A stretch of 52,797 bases of DNA, filler included, from Basidiobolus ranarum (GCA_040143965.1; 2 parts of 2 records of this genome joined end to end with filler, not necessarily neighbours in it); one strand, 5' to 3'. Positions 1 through 11,962 are shown, counted from the first letter of the whole stretch. A program made the numbers and translations. Notes: a model not told the origin generated them from the letters alone.

Positions 1-110
1 TAAGTAAATTCCGATTGAGAATAATTGATAATATCTTGGTGAATTATAAGATAACTAAGTACTAAGCTATATATGACTATATAGGTGTTTAGGCAATGCT
101 AATTTCAACA
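1..110 (-). mobile_element. Solo-LTR-like repeat family A, partial copy truncated by window start
   Basis: Reverse complement of the start of the 10172-10500 copy; ends in ...TTTCAACA. Confidence 0.7.
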
Positions 111-111
111 C

Positions 112-330
112 CTAGAAGTTCTCAGATATATAGATTTTTCAAACTTGTGCTTGAAGCCCTAAACTTTCACACATGTTCCTGGGACCTTCCTTAACACATT
201 CTATGTGTCAGTTTGCTTACACATTGACAAAAGTATAAATGTGAAATTTTAATTCAATAAATCAACAAGTTTAAGCTATCAATCTCTCTAATTCACTAAA
301 CCACTTCCACCAGGCTCCAAAGATACCTCA
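112..330 (+). mobile_element. Repeat family A, 5'-truncated diverged copy
   Basis: Shares ACATGTTCCTGGGACCTTCCTTAACACATTCTA and AAACCACTTCCA..AGGCTCC blocks with 10290-10500. Confidence 0.7.
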
Positions 331-471
331 ATATTGGTTCAAGTCAAATATAGGAAATGAATCCAACTTCATTATTAGTTCCAACCAATTTTTCAGATTA
401 GAGAAAAGTTCCATAAGTTTAACAATTTGACATTACTGGAGCTCATAGCCTTTTAAAGTATTTATGAAGTT

Positions 472-772
472 TGTTAAAAGTTACTTGGAAAACTAGCAGA
501 ATTGGTAATTTTCACTCATTTATTTATTGAGTACAAAGTTTAGAAGTATAGTTCTTTCAAGATAGAAGCAAACAAACATGAAGAATGTGTTAACAAAGCT
601 TACAGAAACACGTGTGCAAGACTTGGGGCTTCTAGAACAGGTTATCAAAATCTATATATCTTCAAACTTCTAAGTAAATTCCGATTGAGAATGGTGGTTA
701 GTGAAATATAGAATAACTAAATACTCAGCTATATATAACTAAATAGGTTTTTAGGCAATGTTAACTTCAACA
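472..772 (-). mobile_element. Repeat family A, near-complete diverged copy
   Basis: Starts TGTTAAAAG and ends ACTTCAACA; 671-772 repeats 1-110; internal GGGGCTTCTAG block is the reverse complement of the plus copies. Confidence 0.7.
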
Positions 773-3059
773 GCACCAAGTCTCATGAGATGAAAACTTA
801 CGTTTCTCTATTTGAGTATAAAGATAAAACTTTTGACATTATTCACCTAGTGTCTAGTATAACGAAGCGGTATTTCAATTTCTACCACTCAACGGACAAG
901 CAGATAGTTCCAGATATCACTTCATAGCACCAGAACTGCAAGTAATCCACACACAATACACCACCGGCAAAGTAGAATATCTCCACCATTGGATTTGTAG
1001 TAAAAACTGTCCACAACAAGCCCAGCAAATAGAGTAGGGTTAGGGTTAGGAGCAATCTATGGTGGATGCTAATATTCAATATTATGTGCCATTAGCTCAG
1101 TCGTGTCAATGGGTCAGTGCTTTAGCAGAAATAACACTTTCACCAGCTTCGGGCATTGAGTACATTTCAGGAGAAGATGGTAAAAAAGTCGTGTCCTACG
1201 TAAATGGCGCTAGTGGGGAGAGATTGTAGCTGAACCAACTACACCCACCAAGTGTGGCGTACAAAGGCCAAATCTTGGGATCAAAGTAAACGAAAGAGAT
1301 CGTAGACTAGTTCAGTGGTTAAGTTTCAATGCTACCTGTATTGATTGGACTATGTGGATTGGCTTATGTGTAAGGTTAAGTGCAATATGCCACAACTAAC
1401 GCATCCCCATATAAGCTATATACCTACAGTCTATTCCACTGTAAAATATTACTCAATGTGGATGTTAGTGTTCATCCCAAAGTTGACGGATCAAACCGGA
1501 GAGGGAGCATTGCAAAACACAACCTGACTGAAGTTAATGTATCGCTTACTACAACTATTCAGTTGGTTGATTGGCTGACTTTAAGTCACGTATCAACTTT
1601 CATGGATCTGATTAGTGTTGTTTTGCACGGTTTGAGTCAGATTCGTGAGTATATATGTTCACAACTTCGTCACTCCGCTCTCTGGTTAACTAGGCAAGAG
1701 AGCCGGCTAATCTCAAGGAAGTTAACTGCTCTAGTAATTGCCAGTTAGCCATAAGAGGCTTAATTCCGGAAGTCGATCAGACCAAAAGCCCCAATAGTTT
1801 AAAGTGGATTTGAGATCTAGGCAGAAGACGGTTGATTGACCATATTTAGTCACCGATAGAATTGTCTTCAACACCTAATGTTACTAAAAAATGAGATAGA
1901 TGACAGATGTACCGCCATGTATGTTGGTATGAGTGTTGGTACCGTAGATGTAGTCAGTATCTTCTCCTGATACTAGTTGGCTCTACTCTGTTCAAGTGAT
2001 ACGAGACTCAACATGAAGCATACTTCGAATGAGAACATGCGCCAGAAGCTGCACCTAGAGATATAGAGAGATAGGGAATCAATTCTGTGACACTTGGCAA
2101 CAAGGCTAATTCGCAACAACGAGACAGAATAGCAACAGCTCTACCTTGATCTTTATCAAGCGTTATTGAGATACCATCACTGATAGGACTGTGGATTTGG
2201 GCGAATTTGGGAGAAATTAGGACGAGGCTTGGGTGCAATCTGAGGGGTAGTGAACCGGTATTTGTGTGCCCAAGATGTCTCAATATCGTATTTCAACTTG
2301 AAGATAGCAACACCTACGATTCCTATCTTGTTGATCATTGTGGCTTGACTGGCCAATTCTACAATAGTTAGGATCTAAGATAATCCGAGAGAGCAGGATA
2401 AATTAGGATATCTAATTGGCAGATCAGAGACGAAGATCAAACTGGATGGAAGCACTTGCGTTTGACTATGACACGTTCATAAACAAAGATTTGCTTGATA
2501 AGAATGCTACCGAAGTCCACCGAAAACGCCGTTGATTAAAGTTTTGTTGTTCAGTTCGTTTTGCTCTACTCAAGATGTGTGAGTGAATCTGTGCATTGCT
2601 TATCTATGCGTGTGAATGAACTGTGTTTCAATCCAATCCCATACTTTAATGAATGCAATCAAAGCATTCAAATGAATGTAATCACTATATCAAATGACTC
2701 GAATAAATGCAAACACTACATCAATTCCGTATCGATTTAGCCTCATTTCGATTGTACGTCGGAACAGTAATTAATGGGGATAGTAATCTATAATGTTTCA
2801 AATAGTCACATTCATTCAAATATATTGGATTGACTGGGAATCAATACTATAACCCTATCTTTTGGATCAATGAGTCAACTCCCCATCTTATCCGACTATC
2901 CTAACCCACTCAACTATAAATACCTTCCCTCCCCCTTGCTAATATTTCATCGACTGGTGCAATTCCTTTCACACTTACTATCGTTTGGTGAACACTTGAG
3001 GTCAACTCATTAATAGCCCTGTTCATTCTCACTGATTCTATCCTATTCACATCACCACT

Positions 3060-4193
3060 ATGTTCCACATCGCAGAAAACGTCAAGATTTCTCCTAAGAA
3101 GTCAGCAATGAAGCAAACTACTCCTCGTCTTGTAAGAAAGAAGAGCGGCGAGATTGTCAAGCCTGCCTTGAAGCCCAATCTTGTGCGCAACAACTCAGTG
3201 CCAACTAAATTTGTACATTTTGATTCACAGCTTGAGTATGTCAAGTTATTCATGAAGAGTGAACGTCCAGAATCCATCTCAAATCCACCTTCTGATGATG
3301 ATGGTTCGGATTCGGATGAATACAGTGAACTTTCTAGTGATAATGAAGATGATATGCAACTTTCCATTCGTCTACCAAACTTCACTCCATCCATTTTCTC
3401 TACTCACAACAAACCAGTCATGGTGGAAAAAGTATATTTATCGCAAGATAAATCCACTTTGTTGGGTAACGTTATGGTTCATAATCTTGCTTTCCACAAG
3501 AAGATCACACTTCGCTATACCTTTGACTTCTGGCAAAGCGTACAAGAGGTTGAATTGAATTTCAAGGAAACAGCCATCAACCCCAGTGAATCATTTCCTG
3601 GTGTCGATAAATTCCAGTTTACTGTTGACCTAAAAGATAAAGTCAGCCTCAAACTTGGAGCCCCTAAAAAGAACATGTTCTTTGCCATCAGATACCAAGT
3701 AAACGAGCAAGAACTCTGGGATAACAACGAGGGCGTCAACTACCAAGTAGAATTCGTCGTCTCAAAGCCACAAACACATCGCTATCCATTGGCCACTCTG
3801 GAGAATTACTCGTCAAAGTCCATCTCCACCGAGAAGCCTGCACCTTTGAAATCAGCTTTCTCCGGCAAACTTGGATCTAGATATAGCTTTGGTGTCTCCC
3901 TCGGATCGATGTTCACAGCAGAACCTGAGGCTGTGAAAGATAAGGTCGAACAGAAATCCAAATCATCGTATTTTTTTAGCAGCAGCAAAAAGATGACCAG
4001 TTACAATTTCGCCCATCAAAAATTCCCCCAATCTTGGGAGAATCAGACTGCCACCACCGATTTTGATTATTCTCCATATTCACCACCTAGCCAATCATCA
4101 CTCTCTTCCTCCCCTATCTATGGATCTTCAGAATTTTATTCATACAGCTCTCCCTATAGTATGTCGTCTACGGCCACCTGCATCCGCGGCTAA
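3060..4193 (+). CDS. CBM21 glycogen-targeting regulatory subunit of protein phosphatase 1 (Gac1/Gip2/PPP1R3-like), 377 aa, intronless
   Basis: RVxF-type motif KFVHF; CBM21 motifs GNVMVHNLAFHKKITLRYTFDFW and FAIRYQVNEQELWDNNEGVNY; fungal N-terminal VRKKSGEIVKPALK motif; TATAAA at ~2916. Confidence 0.92.
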   Translation: MFHIAENVKISPKKSAMKQTTPRLVRKKSGEIVKPALKPNLVRNNSVPTKFVHFDSQLEYVKLFMKSERPESISNPPSDDDGSDSDEYSELSSDNEDDMQLSIRLPNFTPSIFSTHNKPVMVEKVYLSQDKSTLLGNVMVHNLAFHKKITLRYTFDFWQSVQEVELNFKETAINPSESFPGVDKFQFTVDLKDKVSLKLGAPKKNMFFAIRYQVNEQELWDNNEGVNYQVEFVVSKPQTHRYPLATLENYSSKSISTEKPAPLKSAFSGKLGSRYSFGVSLGSMFTAEPEAVKDKVEQKSKSSYFFSSSKKMTSYNFAHQKFPQSWENQTATTDFDYSPYSPPSQSSLSSSPIYGSSEFYSYSSPYSMSSTATCIRG

Positions 4194-6539
4194 ATAGATT
4201 TCTTGAAGATATCTGGCTAGTCCCACTGCACCTGCACCTGCACCTACCCCACTTCCACACATTTTTGTCAAGGCATTATTTTGTTATTTTCTATCATGTA
4301 ATTGTATCACCCAAGTTTGATCACTTAATGTAATATATATTGTATTCTTATCCCATGTTGTTTAGAACAATAAAAACCCAAAAGAAATGACTTCACCGCG
4401 CAATCTGTACATTACGATACACTCCGATGCTATCTATGTATTTGTTATCTACGAGTATAACCGCGCTGAGTACGAATATATTCGCTATCATGATGGGTTG
4501 AGATAAGACTTTCAAATGCCGCTACCATCGAGGCGATCTTGATCTGAATGCCAGTAAATAATTATCCGTGAAAACATTCACTTGACCCTAATCACGGCCT
4601 AGACTTGGCAACATCCATTGTCAATAAAAATAAGGTTTCAGCACGGAATGGATTTTCTAAATTCAACCTACAAATTGTACAGTTCAAGCTGTATTAAAGT
4701 GTCTCAATAAAGATAAATTACCCATGTATCCAGATCTGTTGACATCTGGTTAGGTAAACGGATGATGGAATTTGCACATGTTTACCTTGACGAAAGGTCT
4801 ACTTTCTTGAAGGGGAAATGAATGAACGGTACCGAAGTTCTAGATTCCAATCCTTCACGCCACTTTGAATTTAGGGATGTACCGACGGATGTACCAATAG
4901 ATGTCTGGCTGGGAGTAATGAATCCATGTAGAAAGATTGAGATAACCCGTTGGACCGTAGTACCAGCTACGTCAACTACCAAACTAAATGCATTAAATCT
5001 TCACCTAACCCTTAGCAACGAATGATTTCTTGATTAGGACATATTTTGTTACAAAACAATGGATATGATCACCAGAGAATGGAAGTGGGAGGTGGGTATT
5101 CGATCTGCGGATACCTCCAATGTAAACATCTACATTTTAGTCATGGTGAAATGAATACCACGTAAAGTGGTTGCCACAAAATTCTTTCCAGTAAACCATC
5201 GTGCAAAAATGAAGTGAAAGTGACGTCTAACCTTTATGAATCAATAAACGTGCGAATATTTCTGCAATCCAAACTTGTATTGAATGCAAATTTAGTGACA
5301 AATTTTCTTTAGTAAGAAGTTGTACGACATACTGAATGTTATTCGGAGATTCAAATTGCAAATTAATTTATTGTGAGATACGCGTTTTGTGATGGATAAG
5401 TTTAGTAAACATCCATCTCGCTTCTTGACAAGGTAAAAAAAAAATGAGTTAAAGAACGATACAAGAATGTATAAATTGCATCGATTAGCTACAAGACTCC
5501 ACGTTTTCTTTCCTTATCATGATAGTTTCGAGCTGATTGGGGATCAGATAATATAGTTAGCGTTACCACATAGAATGAAGGTGTACGGTTGATATGCCCA
5601 TAATCCTATATATAGTGGGGGTGACGATACTGTTGTTCCTAAAAGTAGGATGGATACCTAGGATTTGCTCCGCATTTGCTCACAATTTTGGTAGGATTAG
5701 TAAGGGCAGTATTGGTGGAATTAGTGTACGTGCTATACTAGGGACTAGTGTTATTGGGATTAGTATTGGTAGAACTAAATCAATCATATCATGCTATTTC
5801 TTCTCCAAATTAAATTACCTCATTCATTTTAATATCCCTTTTTTGGGGGAAACACGCTAGCGATCCCCAATACATCTGGTACAATTTCCATCCAACATAC
5901 AACCGGTATTCTAGAATCGAAACCAATTAAACTCCATTTTGTAACAAACGGATGCTATTTTCGGTTAGAGAACTGGTTATGTTTCAATCTAAGGTAACCG
6001 GATCTGCTGGGAGTGAGGTCACAACGGAGTCAGAAAACATATCTTGCACTGACGCGTTAGTAACCAAAAGAGGAGTCTAAACTGGTTCTTCTCTTGGATT
6101 CAAAGTATCACTGTTGTTTCACCTATTCATGAACTTAATTAATTCATCTAGTTGTGCCCAGGAGACCTTAGAACTTTAACTACTGGTTTCGGTCAGGATG
6201 AGAAGAAACACCACTTAATCCGTATATAATCTTTGGTTTTAGATGGCTTGTTTACGATGGATATACTGTTGGTGTTGTTTCATAGGTTTTAGCACATAAA
6301 TTAGCTTGGGAAAATGTGTTGCAAATCGTGGATTAATAATCTTCAATTCCATTAGTGTATATGCACTAACCCTAAATGCATCACTAACTCTAACTGATGC
6401 AAGTGATTGTCCGTTGAAGTTTATTCTGTTTGTTATCTCTAACCTTGTATATCTAATTATTTCATCTAGGTCAGTTAACATGTTGAGTGAAGAGTTGATA
6501 TTTATGGTTTTGTCAAGGGCTAGACAAAAAACATGTAGA

Positions 6540-6870
6540 TGTTGAAACTGTCATTGCCTAAACATCTATATAGTCGTATATAGCTTAGTATTCAGTTATC
6601 CTATATTGAACTAAGATATCTCCCATTATTCTCTTGAGGAATTTATTTAGAAATTCTCAGATATATAGATTTTGATAACTTGCGCTAGAAGCCCCAAACT
6701 GTGCACACATGTTTCTGGAACCTTTCTTAACACATTATATATGTTAGCTTATTTACATCTTGACAAAACTATAAATGTTGACTGAATACTCAATAAATCA
6801 ATAAGTGAAAGCCACCAATATCTCTAAATTCTCCAAACCACTTCCAACAGGCTCCCAAAATACTTTAGCA
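6540..6870 (+). mobile_element. Repeat family A, full-length ~330-bp solo-LTR-like copy
   Basis: TGTTGAAA...TACTTTAGCA termini; colinear with 10172-10500. Confidence 0.8.
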
Positions 6871-6877
6871 GTGAATA

Positions 6878-7080
6878 TGTTAAAAGACGTTCCAGAAACA
6901 TTTGTGCAAAGTTTGGGGCTTCTAGAACAAGTTAGAGATAATCCATATATGAGAACTGCAAAGTTGATAAACATATTGCAAGTAAATTCCTCCTGAGAAT
7001 AAGGGGTGGTCAATAGGGAATAACTAAATACTATGCTAATATATAAATATATAGATGATTGAGCTATGTTAGTTTCAACA
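6878..7080 (-). mobile_element. Repeat family A, partial inverted copy next to the 6540 copy
   Basis: GTTTGGGGCTTCTAGAACAAG and AAGTAAATTCC blocks; ends TTTCAACA. Confidence 0.7.
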
Positions 7081-7599
7081 TGTACAATTATATTGATGTT
7101 TAGGATATGTTAATAGCAACATGAGCTACTGCTTGGATAATTTACATATATCCCAAGTGTATCATCTCATTTGGCAAAGTTGAACTTGGAACTTCAAAGT
7201 TGTCTAAATTGGCCCTAAGAGTACTGTTTCCACTTCCACAGATGTCTTGAACTCAGTTATGTTGAAATATTAGAATTAAGTATCTAACAATTTATCTATC
7301 TTGCTAATATTTCGTAAGTCATAATCATCGTATAAATTTGAATGTACAATCATTAATGCTTAAGAATCTCTACACAAGCTCATGTTTTTTACAACTTCAA
7401 ATATTAACTTGATTCACAAATAATTTTATTGTAATTACAAATATTGAACTAGCGTACATACATAAATACATCTATATATTCCACTAGTTTACAAGATTCT
7501 ACATGAATGTCTATCCCCAGCCAAGTGGAGAATGATGCTGCTAATTCTGATCACTCAAAACATTTCATCTCACTTGCTTTTTCACAATGAACCTGACAA

Positions 7600-8805
7600 T
7601 CAAAGACTAACCTCATCACCGCTAACAAAGACACGTTTGATATTTAAATCATCATCCAAGAATAAGACATCCGCATCAGCACCAACATTAAAGGTTCCTT
7701 TCTTATGCGTGATACCAAGCACCTTGGCTGGATGTAATGTAGCTGCCTCAACAGCCTCAACAATGGTACATCCAGTGAATTTACGGAAGTTTTTCACGCA
7801 ATCGTCAATGGTCACCACGGAGCCAGCGAGAGTAGTGGTACCAGTGATATAAGCTCTGTCCGAAGATTTGTCTACCTCCATAGCCCCAAGATAGTATTTA
7901 CCAGGTGGAAGTCCAGCGGCACTCATTGCGTCAGTAACAAGTACCACTCCCTCAGGATGAGCATCATAGGCAATTTTGACCGAATTGGGATGGGAATGAA
8001 TACCATCGCAAATCAATCCGTAGTATGGACGTTTTCTAGAACTACCTAGAGTACCGATGATCCCAGGATCACGATGATGGAACTCATGTAAAGCATTGAA
8101 CATATGTGTAACCAGGGTGGCTCCTTTGCTGATCGCCTCCTCGGCTTGATCCGTAGTGGCAACTGAATGTCCAATGCTAACAACAACACCCTTATTCGCT
8201 AGTTCTGGGATAGCATTCATTACTCCCTCTACCTCTGGGGCGACAGTGATAATAGCAATATCGGTAGGTTTCCCTTCTTTAATATTATAACAATCTAACA
8301 GGTCAGTGACACCGTTGGGAGCGGTGCGAAGGGTTTTGACCTCATGCGCGCCAAATTTCAATGGTGAAATGAAGGGACCTTCTAGATGAGCACCAAGAAT
8401 ACCTGCACCATGTTCAACGCTAGCATCTCGACGTGCAAATACGTGCATAAGTTCAGCGTATACCTCTGGTTGAGAGCTTACAATGGTAGGACAAAAGGAA
8501 GTGCATCCCCATTTAAGAAGCCCTTTAGCGACCTGTTCAAGTTTTTCGCCGAGGTTTTCACGGTCAGCGGTAAAATCCACCCCTAGAGCACCGTTGATTT
8601 GAATGTCCAGAAAGCCCGGAGAAACCAGAGAGTCCTCAGCATCTATAACCTCTTCTTCAAATTGGGTATGATCCCAGAAGTAACTCTTTCCGTCGACAAA
8701 CTTGCCGTCTTTTACGTATAAATTTTCCCCGGTGATAATGTTTCCATCACGAATGATTCGACCGTTTATGATTTTCAGGATTCTATTCGTAGCTTCTTTA
8801 CTCAT
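7600..8805 (-). CDS. nagA: N-acetylglucosamine-6-phosphate deacetylase (NagA/Dac1), 401 aa, intronless
   Basis: Motifs PGFLDIQING, GAHLEGPFIS, GHS, THMFNA, HRDPG, DGIH, LVTDAM, TLAGS, GADAD. Confidence 0.96.
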   Translation of the reverse strand: MSKEATNRILKIINGRIIRDGNIITGENLYVKDGKFVDGKSYFWDHTQFEEEVIDAEDSLVSPGFLDIQINGALGVDFTADRENLGEKLEQVAKGLLKWGCTSFCPTIVSSQPEVYAELMHVFARRDASVEHGAGILGAHLEGPFISPLKFGAHEVKTLRTAPNGVTDLLDCYNIKEGKPTDIAIITVAPEVEGVMNAIPELANKGVVVSIGHSVATTDQAEEAISKGATLVTHMFNALHEFHHRDPGIIGTLGSSRKRPYYGLICDGIHSHPNSVKIAYDAHPEGVVLVTDAMSAAGLPPGKYYLGAMEVDKSSDRAYITGTTTLAGSVVTIDDCVKNFRKFTGCTIVEAVEAATLHPAKVLGITHKKGTFNVGADADVLFLDDDLNIKRVFVSGDEVSL

Positions 8806-9563
8806 GGTAGAGTATTTTCTAGTAACGATATGGGTTTAATAATGATAAGTGAAAGCAATCGAACGGTGATGTTCAACTCTTAAATATATAAGCCAGAGCT
8901 TGGATCTAGATCTGGCATATTTGGCGCCACGGAGCTACATATGACTCTTACTTTTGACAGGTGAGCAAACTGACGTAAAACCTCTAGACTAATTCAGTAA
9001 TACATGTGCTACATATATGTTATTTACTGCATATACCATTGACTCTAAAAGAAAGCGGCTACGAAATTGATCTCTGTTGATTGATTGGTAGGTCATACCT
9101 CATACTGATCCCCAGATGTCCAGATATTACTAAAACTGTGACTTGTCCCATCTGATTGAATCCTAATCCAGCTCTTGGTTGTTGCTTGAGGAAGCTCCGA
9201 TACTATCTTCGGATATATTAAACATGCCGGTCTATCCTTTCCCTTGACCTTAACAAGGTTCCATATACGCCGGTGACGAGTGATGGTAGTTGCCTCTATG
9301 TTAAGTAATGCTTGAGTGTTATACTACTTCTAGGGAATGAAATTCTAACTCAGCTTATATAGTCCAGCTTACCGTTAACTTAATGATTAGTTTAAATGTG
9401 TGGATGATAGATTGTTAGATTCCAATCGACTTTCTTTACAAGAGTATACATAGCTGAGGCTTTGGAATGATTCCTTTGGTACTTGTGGCTTACCGAGGAT
9501 TCATATATATTCTTACTAATCAAGGTCAATGAAATTGTTGTTTGGTGAGATTATACGCCTCAA

Positions 9564-9682
9564 ATATACTAGGGTTTTGGCTTTAATATGGCTTTGATTA
9601 TGTAATGCAGGGTGTTGATATATATACTAGGGTTTTGGCTTTAATATGGCTTTGATTATGTAATGCAGGGTGTTGATATATA
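9564..9682. repeat. Perfect tandem duplication, 58-bp unit x2
   Basis: ATATACTAGGGTTTTGGCTTTAATATGGCTTTGATTATGTAATGCAGGGTGTTGATAT repeated; CTAG at 9569 and 9627. Confidence 0.95.
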
Positions 9683-9989
9683 GCTACTAATCCCAAATTC
9701 ATGATCATAAATTAACTTCAATGGTCTAATATGGATTAATATCGCAGTTAACTTACTCCATATACAATGATTCAAGTAATCTAACTGAACTTATTGAGCA
9801 ATGGTCATTATTTTGTATTAAAGTTAATTGCCGAGATTGTTATAGGGTTGATGATGATCAAGTTACCAAGAAATACTGTAGTAGTGATAAGTTTTAGCTA
9901 TGCTAGGTATAATTTTCTTGCGAGAATATAAGTAACACAAGCCGAGAACTCAAATGTTGGTATGTGTTAAGAAAGATGGGGAAAGTATT

Positions 9990-10075
9990 TGTGGAGCTTT
10001 GAAGTGGTTTAAAAGCTGTGCTTGCCTGAAGATTTTGGAGGTACATGCAAAGTAAACTGTAATATTTGATATATT
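9990..10075. repeat. Dispersed repeat family B fragment, copy 1
   Basis: TGTGGAGCTTTGAAGTGGTTTAAAAG...CTGTAATATTTGATA recurs at ~10859-10945. Confidence 0.75.
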
Positions 10076-10735
10076 TGTTGAAATTGGCATTGCCTAATTA
10101 CCTATATAGTCATATATAGCTTAGTATTTAGTTATCCTATATTGAACTAAGATATCACCTCAAGAGGAGTCTGTTGAAATTAGCTTTGCCTAAACACCTA
10201 TATAGTCATATATAGCTTAGTACTTAGTTATCTTATAATTCACTAAGATATTATCCATTATTCTCATAAGGAATTTACTTAGAAGTTTGAAGATATATAG
10301 ATTTTGATAACTTGTGCTAGAAGCCCCAAACTTTGCGCACATGTTCCTGGGACCTTCCTTAACACATTCTACACGTTTGTTTGTTTACATCTTGACAAAA
10401 CTATAAATGTCAACTTTCTACTCAATAAATCAATAAGTGAAAACTACCAATTCCTCTAATTCTCCAAACCACTTCCAACAGGCTCCCAAATACTTTAACA
10501 GAATCTACTTAGAATATTGACACAAACTTAGAAGTTCTCAGTTATATAGGTTTTGATAGCTTCTGCTAGAAGCCCCAAACTTTGCACACATGTTCCTGGG
10601 ACCTTCCTTAACACATTCTACGTGTTATTTTGTTTACATCTTGACAAAACTATAAATGTCAACTCAATAAGTGAAAACCACCAATTTCTCTAATTCTCCC
10701 AACCACTTCCAACAGGCTCCCAAAGTACTTTAACA
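10076..10735 (+). mobile_element. Repeat family A outer copy, interrupted by a nested copy
   Basis: TGTTGAAA start at 10076; the consensus GAATTTACTTAGAA resumes at 10501; ends TACTTTAACA at 10735. Confidence 0.75.
10172..10500 (+). mobile_element. Repeat family A inner full-length solo-LTR-like copy with near-perfect 5-bp target-site duplication
   Basis: TGTTGAAA...TTTAACA termini; flanks GAGTC and GAATC; TATAAA at 10402; AATAAA at 10424. Confidence 0.8.
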
Positions 10736-10858
10736 TTATCATCGCTTAAAGCAAACCATCATTTGAAATTTGAAATGAATACGCACTTCAGTTGGAAATT
10801 ATGCCAAATGACAGTATGCTTATACTCTAAGAGTATTACGAGAGATAAGGAAGTTATG

Positions 10859-10945
10859 TGTGGAGCTTTGAAGTGGTTTAAAAGTTGTGCTTGCTTGAAG
10901 ATTTTGGAGATATATGTAAAAGTTAACTGTAATATTTGATACATT
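10859..10945. repeat. Dispersed repeat family B fragment, copy 2
   Basis: Direct similarity to 9990-10075. Confidence 0.7.
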
Positions 10946-11962
10946 TAGGGTTGATTGCTTTGTACAATATCATTTCTCCCTATGCCCAAAATGAGAGATA
11001 ATAACAACCAAGATATGTTCCTAGGGTTCTAAGAATGTACAGAAAAAAGTTTGATGAATTTGGGATAAGTTTGAAAGTTATGGTTTTGCTCAACATTACT
11101 GAGTTATATATACCAAGTAGCTGTTACAGTTTTTGTCCTGAGTATTTGGGATGAATTGGAGGTGTCTATGATAAATAGAAGAGATATGCAATTTGGACTG
11201 GTAGTTTTATTGAATCGAAAATAAGTGCTTATATTATGTTATGTTAAACAAGATATATGAGTACTTAATTCTAATATTTCAACAATTTTGACATATGTAG
11301 CAATCAGTGGATAAGCAGCATTATATTATTATATTAGATATGTTAACAAACATTTTAAGAGTTGAAGATCTCCGCAGTACTAGTGCGAATCAACTAGTGC
11401 GAATCATTATGCCTTAGTAATATAAAAAAGGAAATCAACCAAGTAGAAATTATCCAGATATTCTGGAAGATTATGGCAATTGATCGGAAATGTGGCTTTT
11501 TCAGGCCAACCCTATAGAGTGTGACCCATACCTCATTCACCCATTCACCCATTCCTCATTCCATAATGTCAATTGAAAAAAGGCAATTTTCTTACAACCA
11601 TTTACCCAACTGTTCAACCTTCAATCATTTCAGTTGATACAACTATCTGGTTACCTTTGATTGCTTCGATAGATTACGATGGACTCATGCTCGATTCGTA
11701 CTTAAACAGGAATTGATCTTCGGTCATCTGCAGATATCCTATTTAGTAAATATATCGAAGAGTTTTCCGAACCTTCTAAATCGATATGTTATTACAAACA
11801 AATCACTTCTACCAAATGTATAATCTACTTAACCCTAACCCTAACGTACTGCATTGAATAGTCATTTTTATTTCGGAGATCGTTAAAGTGGGTATAAAAT
11901 ATAGACAAGAGAGTAAGCAAAAGTGCTTGCATATTGGCGGGAGTTTTCGCGTATAAAAATGA

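Noticed and set aside
1036-1050. TTAGGG telomere-like repeats (also CCCTAA at ~11830-11844)
   Set aside because: Only about two units each; expected by chance
6239-7013. Short ORFs overlapping the repeat cluster and other 60-120 aa intergenic or antisense ORFs
   Set aside because: No motifs, many have non-ATG starts, and most are shadows of real genes or repeats
7600-8805. Intronless nagA as a bacterial horizontal transfer
   Set aside because: Motifs (DIQING, HRDPGIIG, YYGLICDGIH) look like the eukaryotic type, and several other genes here are also intronless
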